Origin: Acidobacteriota bacterium
GTDB taxonomy: Bacteria > Acidobacteriota > UBA6911 > RPQK01 > JAJDTT01
NCBI GenBank assembly: GCA_965217775.1
Contig: CBDCJH010000002.1
Span: 544,001-608,000, forward strand
Length of the DNA stretch: 64,000 nt
Reading direction: 5' to 3'
Numbering within the stretch: position 1 is the first letter of the stretch; every line of letters starts with the position of its first letter. A program made the translations under genes and the position numbers. The notes below the pieces were generated by a model that worked only from the letters and a program-made list of their open reading frames with translations, searched no databases and had not been told where the DNA came from. Positions 19,601-28,790 of the stretch are shown piece by piece.

Positions 19601-22600
19601 GACAAGCGTGAAGAGGCGTACGTCAGAGTGGAACAGACAGCCCGGCAGCTTGGTTACTTTCTGGCGCAAGCATCGAGGAGTCAAGATCAGGCTGAACGCC
19701 ATGCGCTGTTTCGATCGCTCCTGCTCTTCCACAACCGCCCGGTGCACTTCAGCACACTGGGTCCACACCATGATTTCATCCTACGGACGTCACGGAACGG
19801 GATATACGAGCAGGTTTCAATACTTGCGAAAGCAATGGGCCCAGACGGGCTCAGCGTCTTGCGGGATGTTGTAATGGATCTGACCGCCGGCCCGGCCGGA
19901 ACGCAATTCACCCCGCATCACCGCAGGCAATTTGCACAACTGTTCTACGAGGAAAGAGTGATGTCCCGGGACGAGGCTGTCACGCTTGGTCTTTCTTCAA
20001 CAATTGATGCTGCTGACGAGGATCCTGCTGAGAGGCAAGAGGCGTGTCTGGAGATCGCCGCTTTTCTACACGACATCGGCGATCGAGCAGAGTCGGAGAA
20101 CTGGAAAAGGAGAGCGAGCGAAGTCTCTGCTGGGGCGGGTAGCCACAAGGACTACCACATGGCACAAGTCGCTGAATGGCTAGATCGATCGATCACTCAA
20201 ACGGGCCCAACGCGATTGGAGATTCTCGATCGATTCGCACGTGCCGTTGAGGTCTCGGGCGGCGACGGTGGGTCGGATGGAGCTGCCGCCGAACTTCGGT
20301 TGCTCGTCCGCCTGATGCCAGCGAGGGCGTGGCAGTTGGCTTTGGAGTTCGTGGACCGACGCGTACTAAACGTGTCGAATGTGCTCGAGGCGCTGCTCTC
20401 CGGCGGCGTTGACGCTCGGGCGCATCCGGAACTCCTAAGCGCGGTATATGGCGAGCTTCACTCGTTGATCGCGCCTGACGATACCTCCGAAACGGCTGCG
20501 GCTATCTTGAAGGCATTTCCGCGTGAGCAAAAGAGGGACGCTGCCGAGCGGTTAATGTCCTATGTGCGAACCAACGCTTTACCGTCTCATCGCGCACCGG
20601 TCGCGCGGGTTCTTGAGGACGTGATTCGGGATCAAGGCATTGAACCGATCACCCTTACGCAAGGCTTGAAACCAGGACGCGAAGATTCATCACGAAAGAG
20701 CACTCTCTATCGGCTAGTCACCGGTGAGGTGGAGACGCTTACTCAGATTGCCGAGCGTCTAAGCGATCCGAATCGCCCTGAGACATGGAATCCCAATCCT
20801 GAGGACAACACTGAATTTGATTGGTGGGAAGCCATTAAGAAAGCGAACGTCAAGGACGAACGACATTTCGACAGACTCGTTGAGAGTTTTCCCCCGCCGG
20901 ATTACCGGGAAGTGGAACTGCTGGTGCGGAAGGCAGACGTTCTTCTGCACTCCGGAAACCGCAATTCTGCAAGGGAATTGATCGAGCGGGCCATCGTACG
21001 CTCGAGGGACGGATCATGGCATCGCTGGCATGATGGTGCACAGAAGTTGATCGTTTTTCGCGCGCTTATGGAGATCGATCATGCTGAAGGCGTCGACCGT
21101 GCCCGGGAACAGTTTTCGAAGGATCTCATCGCCGGAAAGCTTTGGAATTGGCTTATACTTTCCGATATCGGCGACATACTGGAACTTTTGGAGGTCGATT
21201 GGCCTGCCGATGCCGTTCTGGAGGCTGTCAATGACTACCTGGAACAGGTACTTGCGGCGAGCCCACAGGCACGGCCGTACGAATCACTGACCGGATCGGC
21301 ATCCTCATGGTCAGTCGATCAGGCGCTTTGTCGATTCGTGGCCGAGCTTCTTGCGTTCCCAGTCGTCGATGTTGGGGAAGCTGCGCGGCGCGCGTTAGCT
21401 CAGTACGTATCGAAAAACGGAAAGGGAATGCTCGCGTTATTGACTGCTCGACCCTGGTGGAACCCACTTCAGCTTGAACACCTCTTGGCCGCGGTTCACG
21501 TAGGTGCAGCCAGTGGGTCACCACACATCGCAGACATAAAAGAATTCGTCGAAAGCTTGAACCACTCAGAGTCGCTCGCTGTTCTCAGCATTGCCAAACG
21601 GATTTGTGACCAGCAGGGTTGGGTTTGGGAAGACGTCACAACGGCTTCAGCGCAACCGGTTATTCTACTGGCGAACGATCCGAGCACACTCCACCTAGGC
21701 GGAATGGTGCTTGGCGACGATACAAAGACCGCGTGGAACCTTCATCAACTGCTCATCCAACCACTAATCCGTGCTGGACAAGATGAAGATGAACTGCTCT
21801 CGGAGTTCAAGAGTGTGTACTGGGCCCTCGAGGGAGAGTACCCGTGGGCCAACGACGGGCGGCTGAAGCATTGGATGATGGCTCTATTGGTTGGATTGTG
21901 GCCGAGTTGTCGAGCGATCATCGGTCGAGAAGCCGCCATGTGCGTCTATGGCAGACGATCGCTATCCGGGCAGATTCCACTTGGCGCGGAGGTCGCATAT
22001 GATAGTTTCTATCCAATCTACGACCCTCAGCTTGAGGTTCATCAACCGACCGAACGCCCACCGGAATTTCGGGCGATGGAGTGGCGCTCCACGACGAACG
22101 ATCGAGAAACTTGGCGCCAAGGAGCAGGCGCCAGCGAGTGGAGTCACTACCCAGACTCAGTTCACGGCCGGTCGCTCATCGGCGAGCGAACTTGGTTTGT
22201 GCGGCCGGAATGGGAGTGGCCGCGTGAAGAGCGATATCGAGGCGTGATCGCGAAGTCGCTTGACGGGGCGGACGAACGGGCTTTGAAGTCAGCGTTCGAT
22301 CTCACGTACGAACTGTACCTGGACGGTCAGGGTCAGGACGATAAGCAGTTCATCGTTTTGAACGATGAAAGGCAACTAGTCGGACCGGCATACCGGTGGG
22401 CAGCGATCAATTCAAACATTGCCAGAACCCTTGGCTGGCACCCATCAATCGATGTCCCGTTTCAATGGCTCGATACCGCCGGCAACGTAATGGTCGAGTC
22501 GACCTACTGGAAGGACGGATGGATATGGATCGAGCCCCCGCGATTCCAGTCCCTTGGCGAGGGCTGGTTCGTCTCGGCCTCCCCCGCCGCCATCGATGCG

Positions 22601-22708
22601 ATCCGGCGGTTCGCACCTGGATTCGAAATTCACTTGTGGGTTGAGCGACGATCTCACGGTGACAAGCCATACGAGGACAAATGGCACCTATCCCGGCCAA
22701 TCGCATAG
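16685..22708 (+). CDS. Avs/NLR-like STAND NTPase with N-terminal PD-(D/E)xK-like nuclease, 2007 aa
   Basis: N-terminal GFGYQD...RVDDFVL...SIKWS; Walker A GPAGVGKST; Walker B LLLDGLDH; GNPL motif; long helical C-terminal region; lower GC than flanks. Confidence 0.8.
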   Translation: MSKPSWHSPVPEAPAMGERRARWGFGYQDKVATERILKFLRTDLRDGTKAFEGVRLADLEAGRVDDFVLVWKESVEGNSIKWSARATGFTWGELVGASGLLRDLADGWNRLRSHWTGRTVTVRIHTNRPTSPAKHHAQIIPSFSLAEFAETHWASGPDAANTIEASEAWRKIAEHVSLSGSELSDFVAHCELAFGQAEPPSAGSDSLDSRHYRKQFDSLHKAIATWLTNNPDRDFIERDYLLAAIGLRSSRSGLIQRFPEPDIPYEKNHATADRLKALIDAIPGGYLAVVGPAGVGKSTLVQDVLTDSAYPFFVPYYAFLPSTDGNRDRAEALTFFQNVVARLDQFNSERLSLDVVDLVQGRDALRCHMSSANQRYVLHGHKTILLLDGLDHVMREVNLQQPVLDELPRPSEIPEGFQIILSGQPQAFLPDVIPAAVAAKVARDRRRIEVSGLSRFEVHALVSRFGKETTGEERDVLHHASRGNPLILTYLLSLFERTDDKSVTRAIKLAGNYAGDIDDYYQERLSVPLQDGQTRRLLGLLCRAAPTLPIAWLNEWPEKEAIEDVYHRVLAPFVRVDDGLVTFIHDSLIVFLKSETRSRLPGSDPGADERKFHSILADRSIGRSCLDSVGRARVVHLVRAERHADVLAQLSSNWLRSAMSGFLPYAQFHPILLVGHAAASAMGDWGHTLRLFLLNHELGQRTSRVDAAKLAVALLNLEDPLLALPQIRSEGRLLVDNRVALRFAGTLWRYAQAQNRSDLKAAARTLYLQAKPISLIYAGEPIETFSHNEQFQDIRAWSNVTALFERPSVVIQEIQRLVFTSGHDGYQQPNPVSVTASLLFNGLKAAVDAGFDSRECQHFVDAIQALGSETWRFVALFKLAESRPLDVPMDSLRAAYEVSETNNDIDLAYAWFLNSHGEYAEATEIIRRLRHIRFEPHRERHSWGFSDLTYTIRLRWLQELLGVPEGAVPDAADKREEAYVRVEQTARQLGYFLAQASRSQDQAERHALFRSLLLFHNRPVHFSTLGPHHDFILRTSRNGIYEQVSILAKAMGPDGLSVLRDVVMDLTAGPAGTQFTPHHRRQFAQLFYEERVMSRDEAVTLGLSSTIDAADEDPAERQEACLEIAAFLHDIGDRAESENWKRRASEVSAGAGSHKDYHMAQVAEWLDRSITQTGPTRLEILDRFARAVEVSGGDGGSDGAAAELRLLVRLMPARAWQLALEFVDRRVLNVSNVLEALLSGGVDARAHPELLSAVYGELHSLIAPDDTSETAAAILKAFPREQKRDAAERLMSYVRTNALPSHRAPVARVLEDVIRDQGIEPITLTQGLKPGREDSSRKSTLYRLVTGEVETLTQIAERLSDPNRPETWNPNPEDNTEFDWWEAIKKANVKDERHFDRLVESFPPPDYREVELLVRKADVLLHSGNRNSARELIERAIVRSRDGSWHRWHDGAQKLIVFRALMEIDHAEGVDRAREQFSKDLIAGKLWNWLILSDIGDILELLEVDWPADAVLEAVNDYLEQVLAASPQARPYESLTGSASSWSVDQALCRFVAELLAFPVVDVGEAARRALAQYVSKNGKGMLALLTARPWWNPLQLEHLLAAVHVGAASGSPHIADIKEFVESLNHSESLAVLSIAKRICDQQGWVWEDVTTASAQPVILLANDPSTLHLGGMVLGDDTKTAWNLHQLLIQPLIRAGQDEDELLSEFKSVYWALEGEYPWANDGRLKHWMMALLVGLWPSCRAIIGREAAMCVYGRRSLSGQIPLGAEVAYDSFYPIYDPQLEVHQPTERPPEFRAMEWRSTTNDRETWRQGAGASEWSHYPDSVHGRSLIGERTWFVRPEWEWPREERYRGVIAKSLDGADERALKSAFDLTYELYLDGQGQDDKQFIVLNDERQLVGPAYRWAAINSNIARTLGWHPSIDVPFQWLDTAGNVMVESTYWKDGWIWIEPPRFQSLGEGWFVSASPAAIDAIRRFAPGFEIHLWVERRSHGDKPYEDKWHLSRPIA

Positions 22709-22735
22709 GTTTGTTCCAAGCAGGGAGACGAGAAA

Positions 22736-22978
22736 ATGGCAAGCATCACGATCCGCAATCTCGACGATGAAGTGAAGATCCGACTTCGCGTTCGCGCAGC
22801 CTCCAACGGTCGTTCGATGGAAGAGGAGGCGCGGGTCATCCTGCGCGAGGCGGTCAGCCGGGAAGCTGACCCGGAGAATCTGGCCAGTTTCATCCGCGGA
22901 TGCTTCGCGCCCTTCGGCGGCGTGGATGTCGAACTGCCGCCGCGTGAGCCGATACGCGAGCCTCCCGATTTCAGTTGA
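22736..22978 (+). CDS. FitA-like ribbon-helix-helix antitoxin
   Basis: MASITIRNLDDEVKIRLRVRAASNGRSMEEEARVIL...GGVDVELPPRE. Confidence 0.9.
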   Translation: MASITIRNLDDEVKIRLRVRAASNGRSMEEEARVILREAVSREADPENLASFIRGCFAPFGGVDVELPPREPIREPPDFS

Positions 22979-22985
22979 GACACGG

Positions 22986-23141
22986 TTTTTCATTCTCGAA
23001 ACCGATGTGGGGTCCGGGTTGATGCCCCCAGCACCCGATCCGGCAATTGGCAGGGCGAGCGGCATGGCGGTCGTAACTCGTAATGTTCGGGACTTCGAGG
23101 ATGTCGGGATCGAAGTATTCGACCCGTGGGCCGGTACATGA
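22986..23141 (+). pseudogene. FitB/VapC PIN toxin remnant with a large internal deletion
   Basis: FILETDVGSGLMPPAPDPA is joined directly to IGRASGMAVVTRNVRDFEDVGIEVFDPW; no start codon; only about 50 codons. Confidence 0.8.
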
Positions 23142-23147
23142 GCGGAA

Positions 23148-23170
23148 CGACCGAAACCTTTACTCGGTCG
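23148..23170. terminator. Hairpin between convergent genes
   Basis: CGACCGA-N9-TCGGTCG. Confidence 0.4.
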
Positions 23171-23172
23171 AG

Positions 23173-24234
23173 TCAGACCCGCAGATTCTCCAGAATCCGG
23201 TCGGTAAACGACTGCGTCGTATGGTCGCCGCCCAGATCGGGGGTGCCGTGGCCTTGGGCAAAGGTCACTTCCACGGCTTGTTCGACGGCGGCGGCGGCTC
23301 GTTCCTCCCCCAGCCAACGGAGCATGTTGGCCCCGCTCAGGATGGCCGCCGTGGGGTTGGCGATGCCTTGACCGGCGATGTCGGGCGCCGAGCCGTGAAC
23401 CGGCTCGAACATGGAAGGGAAGCACCGTTCCGGGTTGATATTGGAGGATGGCGCTTGGCCCAGTCCTCCTGCCAGGATTCCTGAGAGGTCGGTCAGAATG
23501 TCGCCGAACAGGTTGGATGCCACCACCACGTCGAACCGCTCCGGCCACCGGACCAGGTTCATGACGGCCGCGTCGATGTGGTATTTGGCCACTTCTATGT
23601 CCGGATACTCGGACTTGAGTTCTTCCAAAACCTCGTCCCAGAGCACGAAGCCGTAGCGCTGGGCGTTGGACTTGGTGATCATGGTCAGGTGGCCTCGCCG
23701 GGTGCCGGCCATCCGGAAACCGAAACGGAGAATCCGCTCGACCCCTTTGCGCGTGTGCAGGGCGGTCTGGACCGCGAACTCGTCAGGGGTGCCGACGCGG
23801 AACCGGCCTCCGTTGTTGACGTACTCACCCTCCGAGTTCTCCCGAATCACCACCAGGTCGATGTCCTGGGGCCCTTTTCCGGCCAGAGGCGTCCGAACCC
23901 CGGGAAAGAGCCGGGCGGGTCTGACGCACGCATACTGGTCGAAGCTCTGACGGATGCGGATCAGCGGCGCCAGGGTCACGTGGTCGGGAATCCGGGCCGG
24001 GTCCCCGATGGCTCCCAGGAATATGGCGTCGCTGGGGGCCAAATGTTCCAGGTAGTCGTCCGGCACCACGGTGCCGTGCCGGTGGTAGTAGTCCGAACCC
24101 CAGGGAACCCGCGTTACCTCCAGGCGAAAGTCGCCGCAACCGTCTTGCGCCGCGTGCAGTACGCGCAGCGTCTCTGCCGTGACCTCCTGGCCGATTCCAT
24201 CGCCGGGGTAGGCGGTGATCCGATAACTTCGCAT
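23173..24234 (-). CDS. Tartrate/D-malate dehydrogenase (isocitrate/isopropylmalate dehydrogenase family)
   Basis: YPGDGIGQEV, IRQSFDQYACVRP, RENSEGEY, TKSNAQ, NLFGDILTDL, SMFEPVHGSAPDIAG. Confidence 0.9.
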   Translation of the reverse strand: MRSYRITAYPGDGIGQEVTAETLRVLHAAQDGCGDFRLEVTRVPWGSDYYHRHGTVVPDDYLEHLAPSDAIFLGAIGDPARIPDHVTLAPLIRIRQSFDQYACVRPARLFPGVRTPLAGKGPQDIDLVVIRENSEGEYVNNGGRFRVGTPDEFAVQTALHTRKGVERILRFGFRMAGTRRGHLTMITKSNAQRYGFVLWDEVLEELKSEYPDIEVAKYHIDAAVMNLVRWPERFDVVVASNLFGDILTDLSGILAGGLGQAPSSNINPERCFPSMFEPVHGSAPDIAGQGIANPTAAILSGANMLRWLGEERAAAAVEQAVEVTFAQGHGTPDLGGDHTTQSFTDRILENLRV

Positions 24235-24300
24235 GGTGTTCTCCGTCGCTGTCGAGCGGGGTCAGGTTAGCAGTCCGCGGCGAAAGTCGCCATGGACGGT

Positions 24301-25176
24301 TCACGATCGGCGCAGACGCTGCTGGAGCAGGATTCCGCACACGATCAGGACCAGGCCGGCCAAGGTAGAGGGCAGGATCGCCTCTCCCACAAGCACCCGG
24401 ATCAAGACCAGGGAGAGGAAGGGGGAGAGGAAGACCAGGTTGCTGACCCGGGCGGTGGTCCTGGCCAGTTCCAGGGCCTTGAGCCAGAGCAGAAAGGTCA
24501 ACCCCATTTCGAACAGTCCGGAATAGACGCCTCCCAATAGTCCCGGCCATGCGGGAATTCGGATTCCCTCTCCCAGAAGAACCGTAGCCAGGATAAAGAG
24601 GGAGCCGAAGCCGAAGCTCAGAAACAACTTCAGGACCGGATCGCGCCGGTCCCTCAGATTGAAGATCCAGAACAGGGCCCAGATCAGAGAGGAGCCCAAC
24701 GCCAGTGACGCGCCCAAGGGGTGGGAGACTCCCAGGTTACTCAAATCTCCTCGCGTGGCGATCAGAACCACACCGAAGAAGCTGACCAGGATGGCGGCCA
24801 CGCTTCCGAGCCCGATTCGTTGCCCCAGCAGAGGCACCGAGAGGAGGACCAGGACCACTGGCCATGTGTAGTTCAGCGCGAGGGCTTCCTGGGCTGGGAT
24901 CAGGGAGTAGGCCTTGAACAGAACCAGGTAGTAGAGGTACGGATTCAGGGCCCCGAGGCCAGCCGAATGGAGGAGTTCACGGCCGGTGAGTCGACGCAGG
25001 AGGGAAGCCTTTCCCTGGGCGGCCAGGACCAGGGCCAGGGCCAGAAAGGCCGTCCAGGAGGAGATCAAGAGCAGGTGGACAAAATCCACGTGCCTCAGGG
25101 TGAGCTTGAAGATCGAGGCGACAGTGGACCAAAGCAGTACGGCGGACAGGGCGTAGAGCCAGGCTCGGCCGGGCAT
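24301..25176 (-). CDS. EamA/DMT family transporter
   Basis: About 10 TM segments, LLWSTVAS, LNYTWP, LVFLSPFLS; start trimmed to ATG 25176. Confidence 0.9.
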   Translation of the reverse strand: MPGRAWLYALSAVLLWSTVASIFKLTLRHVDFVHLLLISSWTAFLALALVLAAQGKASLLRRLTGRELLHSAGLGALNPYLYYLVLFKAYSLIPAQEALALNYTWPVVLVLLSVPLLGQRIGLGSVAAILVSFFGVVLIATRGDLSNLGVSHPLGASLALGSSLIWALFWIFNLRDRRDPVLKLFLSFGFGSLFILATVLLGEGIRIPAWPGLLGGVYSGLFEMGLTFLLWLKALELARTTARVSNLVFLSPFLSLVLIRVLVGEAILPSTLAGLVLIVCGILLQQRLRRS

Positions 25177-25261
25177 GGCCTGGATTGTCCCAGGATGCCC
25201 GGAAGGATGCCACCGGCGGCGTCCGGTGTCCGGCGGCCTGCGGAATTTCACTTGCGGCCTG

Positions 25262-28200
25262 TCAGCCGCCCTTCACGATTCTGTCGACTCGGCCGGAACT
25301 CATGAAGACGATCAGTCCGGTCAGGGCGGTCGTCGCTCCCAGATAGTCGCCAACCTGTTGGTGATACTTGGCGACCTGCTTCCTGGTGGGCTTGACGTCG
25401 CTCTTCCAATCCACCACGACTTCGATTCGCCCTTTCCCGTCGATGGCGACGGCGTCGGCAATGCCGGCCGTGAGGGCCACCGACGAGCCCTCGACGGCAC
25501 TGTCGAATACCGGGTATTCGGGCACCAGACGCGGCCGGAGAGCGGCGACCTCCCGGAGGTGCAAGGTTCGCACCACCGAAGCCGCCAACTCGGCGCTGGA
25601 GGGTCCCAAAGACGCGTCTTCCGCGTCTTCGAGGCCCAACTGACAAATCAATTGGACGGCCCTGGCCAGAAGCGCGAATTCATCGTCCTCGGTTTCTCCA
25701 GTGAGGACTTCCTCCATCAACTTGTGCAGGATCAAGCCACGGACGGGGCCTCCTTGGACCGCCACTTCTTGGACCTTCTCAGGAACGGCGTCCAGTATGG
25801 CGTCGGTTCCGGCGAAAACGGTCTCCTCCTCTTGATCCGGCTCCTCCGGACCCTCGTGAAGGGAGGGTTGATTCCAAGAGATCCGCCGGGTGTGGGCACG
25901 GATGACTGCCGCCTCCCGTCTCCAGGTAGTGATGTCCTGGCGGTTGGCGCTTGCGGCGGCGCCAGGTTCAGAGACTCCTCCGAATCCTCCCAGGAAGAAA
26001 TGAGAGGGAAGGGAATCGATATCGATATCGATCAGGCTGAACCAGTCGCCTTCAATCCTCTTCTCCTGCCTTGGGAGGAGCAGCAGGTCGCGGGCCCGGG
26101 TCAGAGCCACGTACCAGAGGCGGATCCGTTCGGCCCGCAGTTCCCGTTCCTCCTCTTTGCGCACCTCCTCGTATCCCGGGCTTGAAAGGTATACGGTCTT
26201 GATGTGGATCGTATCGTCGTGACGGCCATAGAGGATTCCCGATACCGAACGCGGCCGGGTGGTGGAATTGATGGGAATCATGATGGGCCATTCCAGCCCC
26301 TTGGCCGAATGCATGGTGATGATGGAGACGGAGTCGGCCGCGGCGTCGGGCCGGCCTTCGGCCTGCATGTCCTGGTCGTTCCACCGTTGCCAAACGGCGC
26401 GGGCGAAGTCGCCGATCCCTCGGCCGTCATAGGCGCGCGCCATTTCCAGGACCAGCTCCACGTTGGCGAGAGCCCGCTCGGCGCCCCGGTGATGCCGCGC
26501 CTTGAGAATCGAATTCACGCGCAGCTCCTCCACCGCCTCCACCAGCAGTTGGTAGGGCGTCAAACGTCCGGACTTGCGCGCCAGGTTCTGCAACACCTCG
26601 AGGGTTCTGCGAAGCGGGGCGTTTTCGATGGAATTCAGGTCGGTCCAGAGGCGGAGCCGGCCGGCTCGGTGCCGGCCATCACCCTTGGTGGAGCCGTCGG
26701 TCTCGGCTTGGACGTGGAGCGCTTCGATCTCGTCGGCGATCTCTTCTTCCGTGAGACCCACCAACGGCCCCCGGATCAGAGCTCCCAGGGCCAGTGTGTC
26801 GCGGGAATCGGCAACGATCCGAGCGATGGCGATCAGATCCTGCACTTCCTGCCGGCGAAAGAAGCCCTTTCCGGCCTGGGTGGCGATGGGAATCTCCAGT
26901 TCCTCCATGGCCTGTTCATAGATCCATAGGCTGGTCCCGGTGGGGGCGAGCAGAGCGATGTCTCCCGCCCGCGCCGGCCTCATCCTCTTCTCCTGCGGGT
27001 CCCAAACCGGGTGGGTTCCGATCAGGCCACCGACCAGAGAAGCCAGGACTTTGGCCTCCCTCATGCGAATTCGATGGACCAGGGGTTTCCCCCTGGCAGA
27101 AATGTCCTCATCCTCCAGTTCGATGTCAAAGGCGGCGACACAGGGTCCATCGCCGCCTGAGCGGGTCGCATCCAGTGGAGTGAAGCCGGGTTGGCCCCGG
27201 TTTTCGTCAAGCATGGGCGCGAAGTGCGTATTGACGTACTCCAGGATCGGTTCACGGGTCCGAAAGTTGGCGGTGATGTCCAGAATCGAGGACGGATCCA
27301 AATGCTCCAAAGCCTTCTTGGCCAACAGGTAGGTATTGACGTCCGCGCCGCGAAACCGATAGATCGCCTGTTTCGGATCACCCACGGCGAACAGTGCGCC
27401 GTGACGAACGACTCTCTCGTGCCACGGTGATGCGGGATCGCCTTCGCCGACGAGTCGCCAGATGATCTCCGACTGCAGGGGGTCCGTGTCCTGGAACTCG
27501 TCGACCAGGATGCGGGGATAGCGGCGCGAAAGAGCTTCGCGGACCGGCTCGTGGTCTTTCAGGAGGTCCCGAGCCTGGTAGAGTAGGTCGTCGAAGTCCA
27601 GAAGAGCGGCATCGCGCTTGTAGTTGCGGTACAGTTTCCGAAACGGGTCGAACTCCTCCACGAATTGGACAAACGCCAGAGCGCCGAGATAGGACCGAAA
27701 TTCGGAATAGGCGTCGGCGCAGGCGTCATAACGGACCTTGCCGGCCGCGTTGAGCTGCTCCCCCAGGGCGGCGCTACCTCCGGCGCCCGCGGCCGCGTTT
27801 CTCCACACGGTCTTGCGGCGCCACAGTTTGAACTCGGTTGACCCCCGCTTGCAGGCCGAAGGTGGTTGATGGAACAGGAGGTCCTTCGGGGTTCGCTGGA
27901 CAGGGGGTTGGGTGGCCGCCTCTCTCACGATGTCGGCGACCCGCAGAATATCCTCGACCGTTTCGGCGGTTCCGGGCTCCGCCACGCCGCAATTCCGGTA
28001 CCAGGCGGCAAACTCGTCGGCGGCTTCCACGAATCGTTCGGCGGCCCCTGGTTCAATCTCGGACATGGCCGCTCCCGCGGACCGGTGCTCCTTCAGGAAC
28101 CCGGCCGTTTTTCTCACCAGGTCCAACGTTTTGCGCGGCGCCTCCAGTACAAGAGTGGCCAGGAAATCCCGGCGACTGCCGGTGTCCCGGATGGGAGGGA

Positions 28201-28735
28201 TCCGTCCCAACCCCTCGGCGCCTCGATCCCGTCCGAACCGCGCGGAAAGCCAAGCCTCCAGCAGATCCTGATAGGCGATTTCGGCCGCCGCCGGATCAAT
28301 AATGGACGCGCCTGGATCCAATCCGGTTTCCACCGGGTAGGGCCGGATCAGTTGTTGACAGAATCCGTGGATGGTCGTGCAGGTGATTTCATCCAGGTCC
28401 TTCGATTCGAGTTCCAGACACTCCTTCTGCGCCTCGGTGAGCCCCGATGGCAATGCCGCGGCGAGCTCGATGGGAATCGTGCCCGACAAGAGGTCTCGCA
28501 CCATCGTCTCGATCCGCTCCAGAAGCTCGGCCGCCGCCGCCTCCGTGAAGGTGATGGCGACGATCTCCCTGGGGTGAACACCTGCGGCGACCATCAGGGC
28601 GACGCGACCGGCCAAGAGAGCGGTCTTTCCGCTTCCGGCACCGGCCTCCACCAAGAGGGTGCGCTCATGGTCGGTCAGGGCCGCGACGCGGGCTGCGGAA
28701 TCGGGGAGCAGAGTCACCGGTTTGTCGTTGGACAT
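25262..28735 (-). CDS. UvrD/AddA-like helicase-nuclease
   Basis: EAGAGSGKT, ITFTEAAA, LVDEFQDT, VGDPKQAIYRFRGAD, TMHSAKGLEW, YVALTRARD; C-terminal GIADAV...VVDWKSD nuclease. Confidence 0.9.
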   Translation of the reverse strand: MSNDKPVTLLPDSAARVAALTDHERTLLVEAGAGSGKTALLAGRVALMVAAGVHPREIVAITFTEAAAAELLERIETMVRDLLSGTIPIELAAALPSGLTEAQKECLELESKDLDEITCTTIHGFCQQLIRPYPVETGLDPGASIIDPAAAEIAYQDLLEAWLSARFGRDRGAEGLGRIPPIRDTGSRRDFLATLVLEAPRKTLDLVRKTAGFLKEHRSAGAAMSEIEPGAAERFVEAADEFAAWYRNCGVAEPGTAETVEDILRVADIVREAATQPPVQRTPKDLLFHQPPSACKRGSTEFKLWRRKTVWRNAAAGAGGSAALGEQLNAAGKVRYDACADAYSEFRSYLGALAFVQFVEEFDPFRKLYRNYKRDAALLDFDDLLYQARDLLKDHEPVREALSRRYPRILVDEFQDTDPLQSEIIWRLVGEGDPASPWHERVVRHGALFAVGDPKQAIYRFRGADVNTYLLAKKALEHLDPSSILDITANFRTREPILEYVNTHFAPMLDENRGQPGFTPLDATRSGGDGPCVAAFDIELEDEDISARGKPLVHRIRMREAKVLASLVGGLIGTHPVWDPQEKRMRPARAGDIALLAPTGTSLWIYEQAMEELEIPIATQAGKGFFRRQEVQDLIAIARIVADSRDTLALGALIRGPLVGLTEEEIADEIEALHVQAETDGSTKGDGRHRAGRLRLWTDLNSIENAPLRRTLEVLQNLARKSGRLTPYQLLVEAVEELRVNSILKARHHRGAERALANVELVLEMARAYDGRGIGDFARAVWQRWNDQDMQAEGRPDAAADSVSIITMHSAKGLEWPIMIPINSTTRPRSVSGILYGRHDDTIHIKTVYLSSPGYEEVRKEEERELRAERIRLWYVALTRARDLLLLPRQEKRIEGDWFSLIDIDIDSLPSHFFLGGFGGVSEPGAAASANRQDITTWRREAAVIRAHTRRISWNQPSLHEGPEEPDQEEETVFAGTDAILDAVPEKVQEVAVQGGPVRGLILHKLMEEVLTGETEDDEFALLARAVQLICQLGLEDAEDASLGPSSAELAASVVRTLHLREVAALRPRLVPEYPVFDSAVEGSSVALTAGIADAVAIDGKGRIEVVVDWKSDVKPTRKQVAKYHQQVGDYLGATTALTGLIVFMSSGRVDRIVKGG

Positions 28736-28790
28736 TCCAATAAACCGTAAGTCAAATCTCGTCTTTACCGGCCATCGTCGTCGAGGCGAT

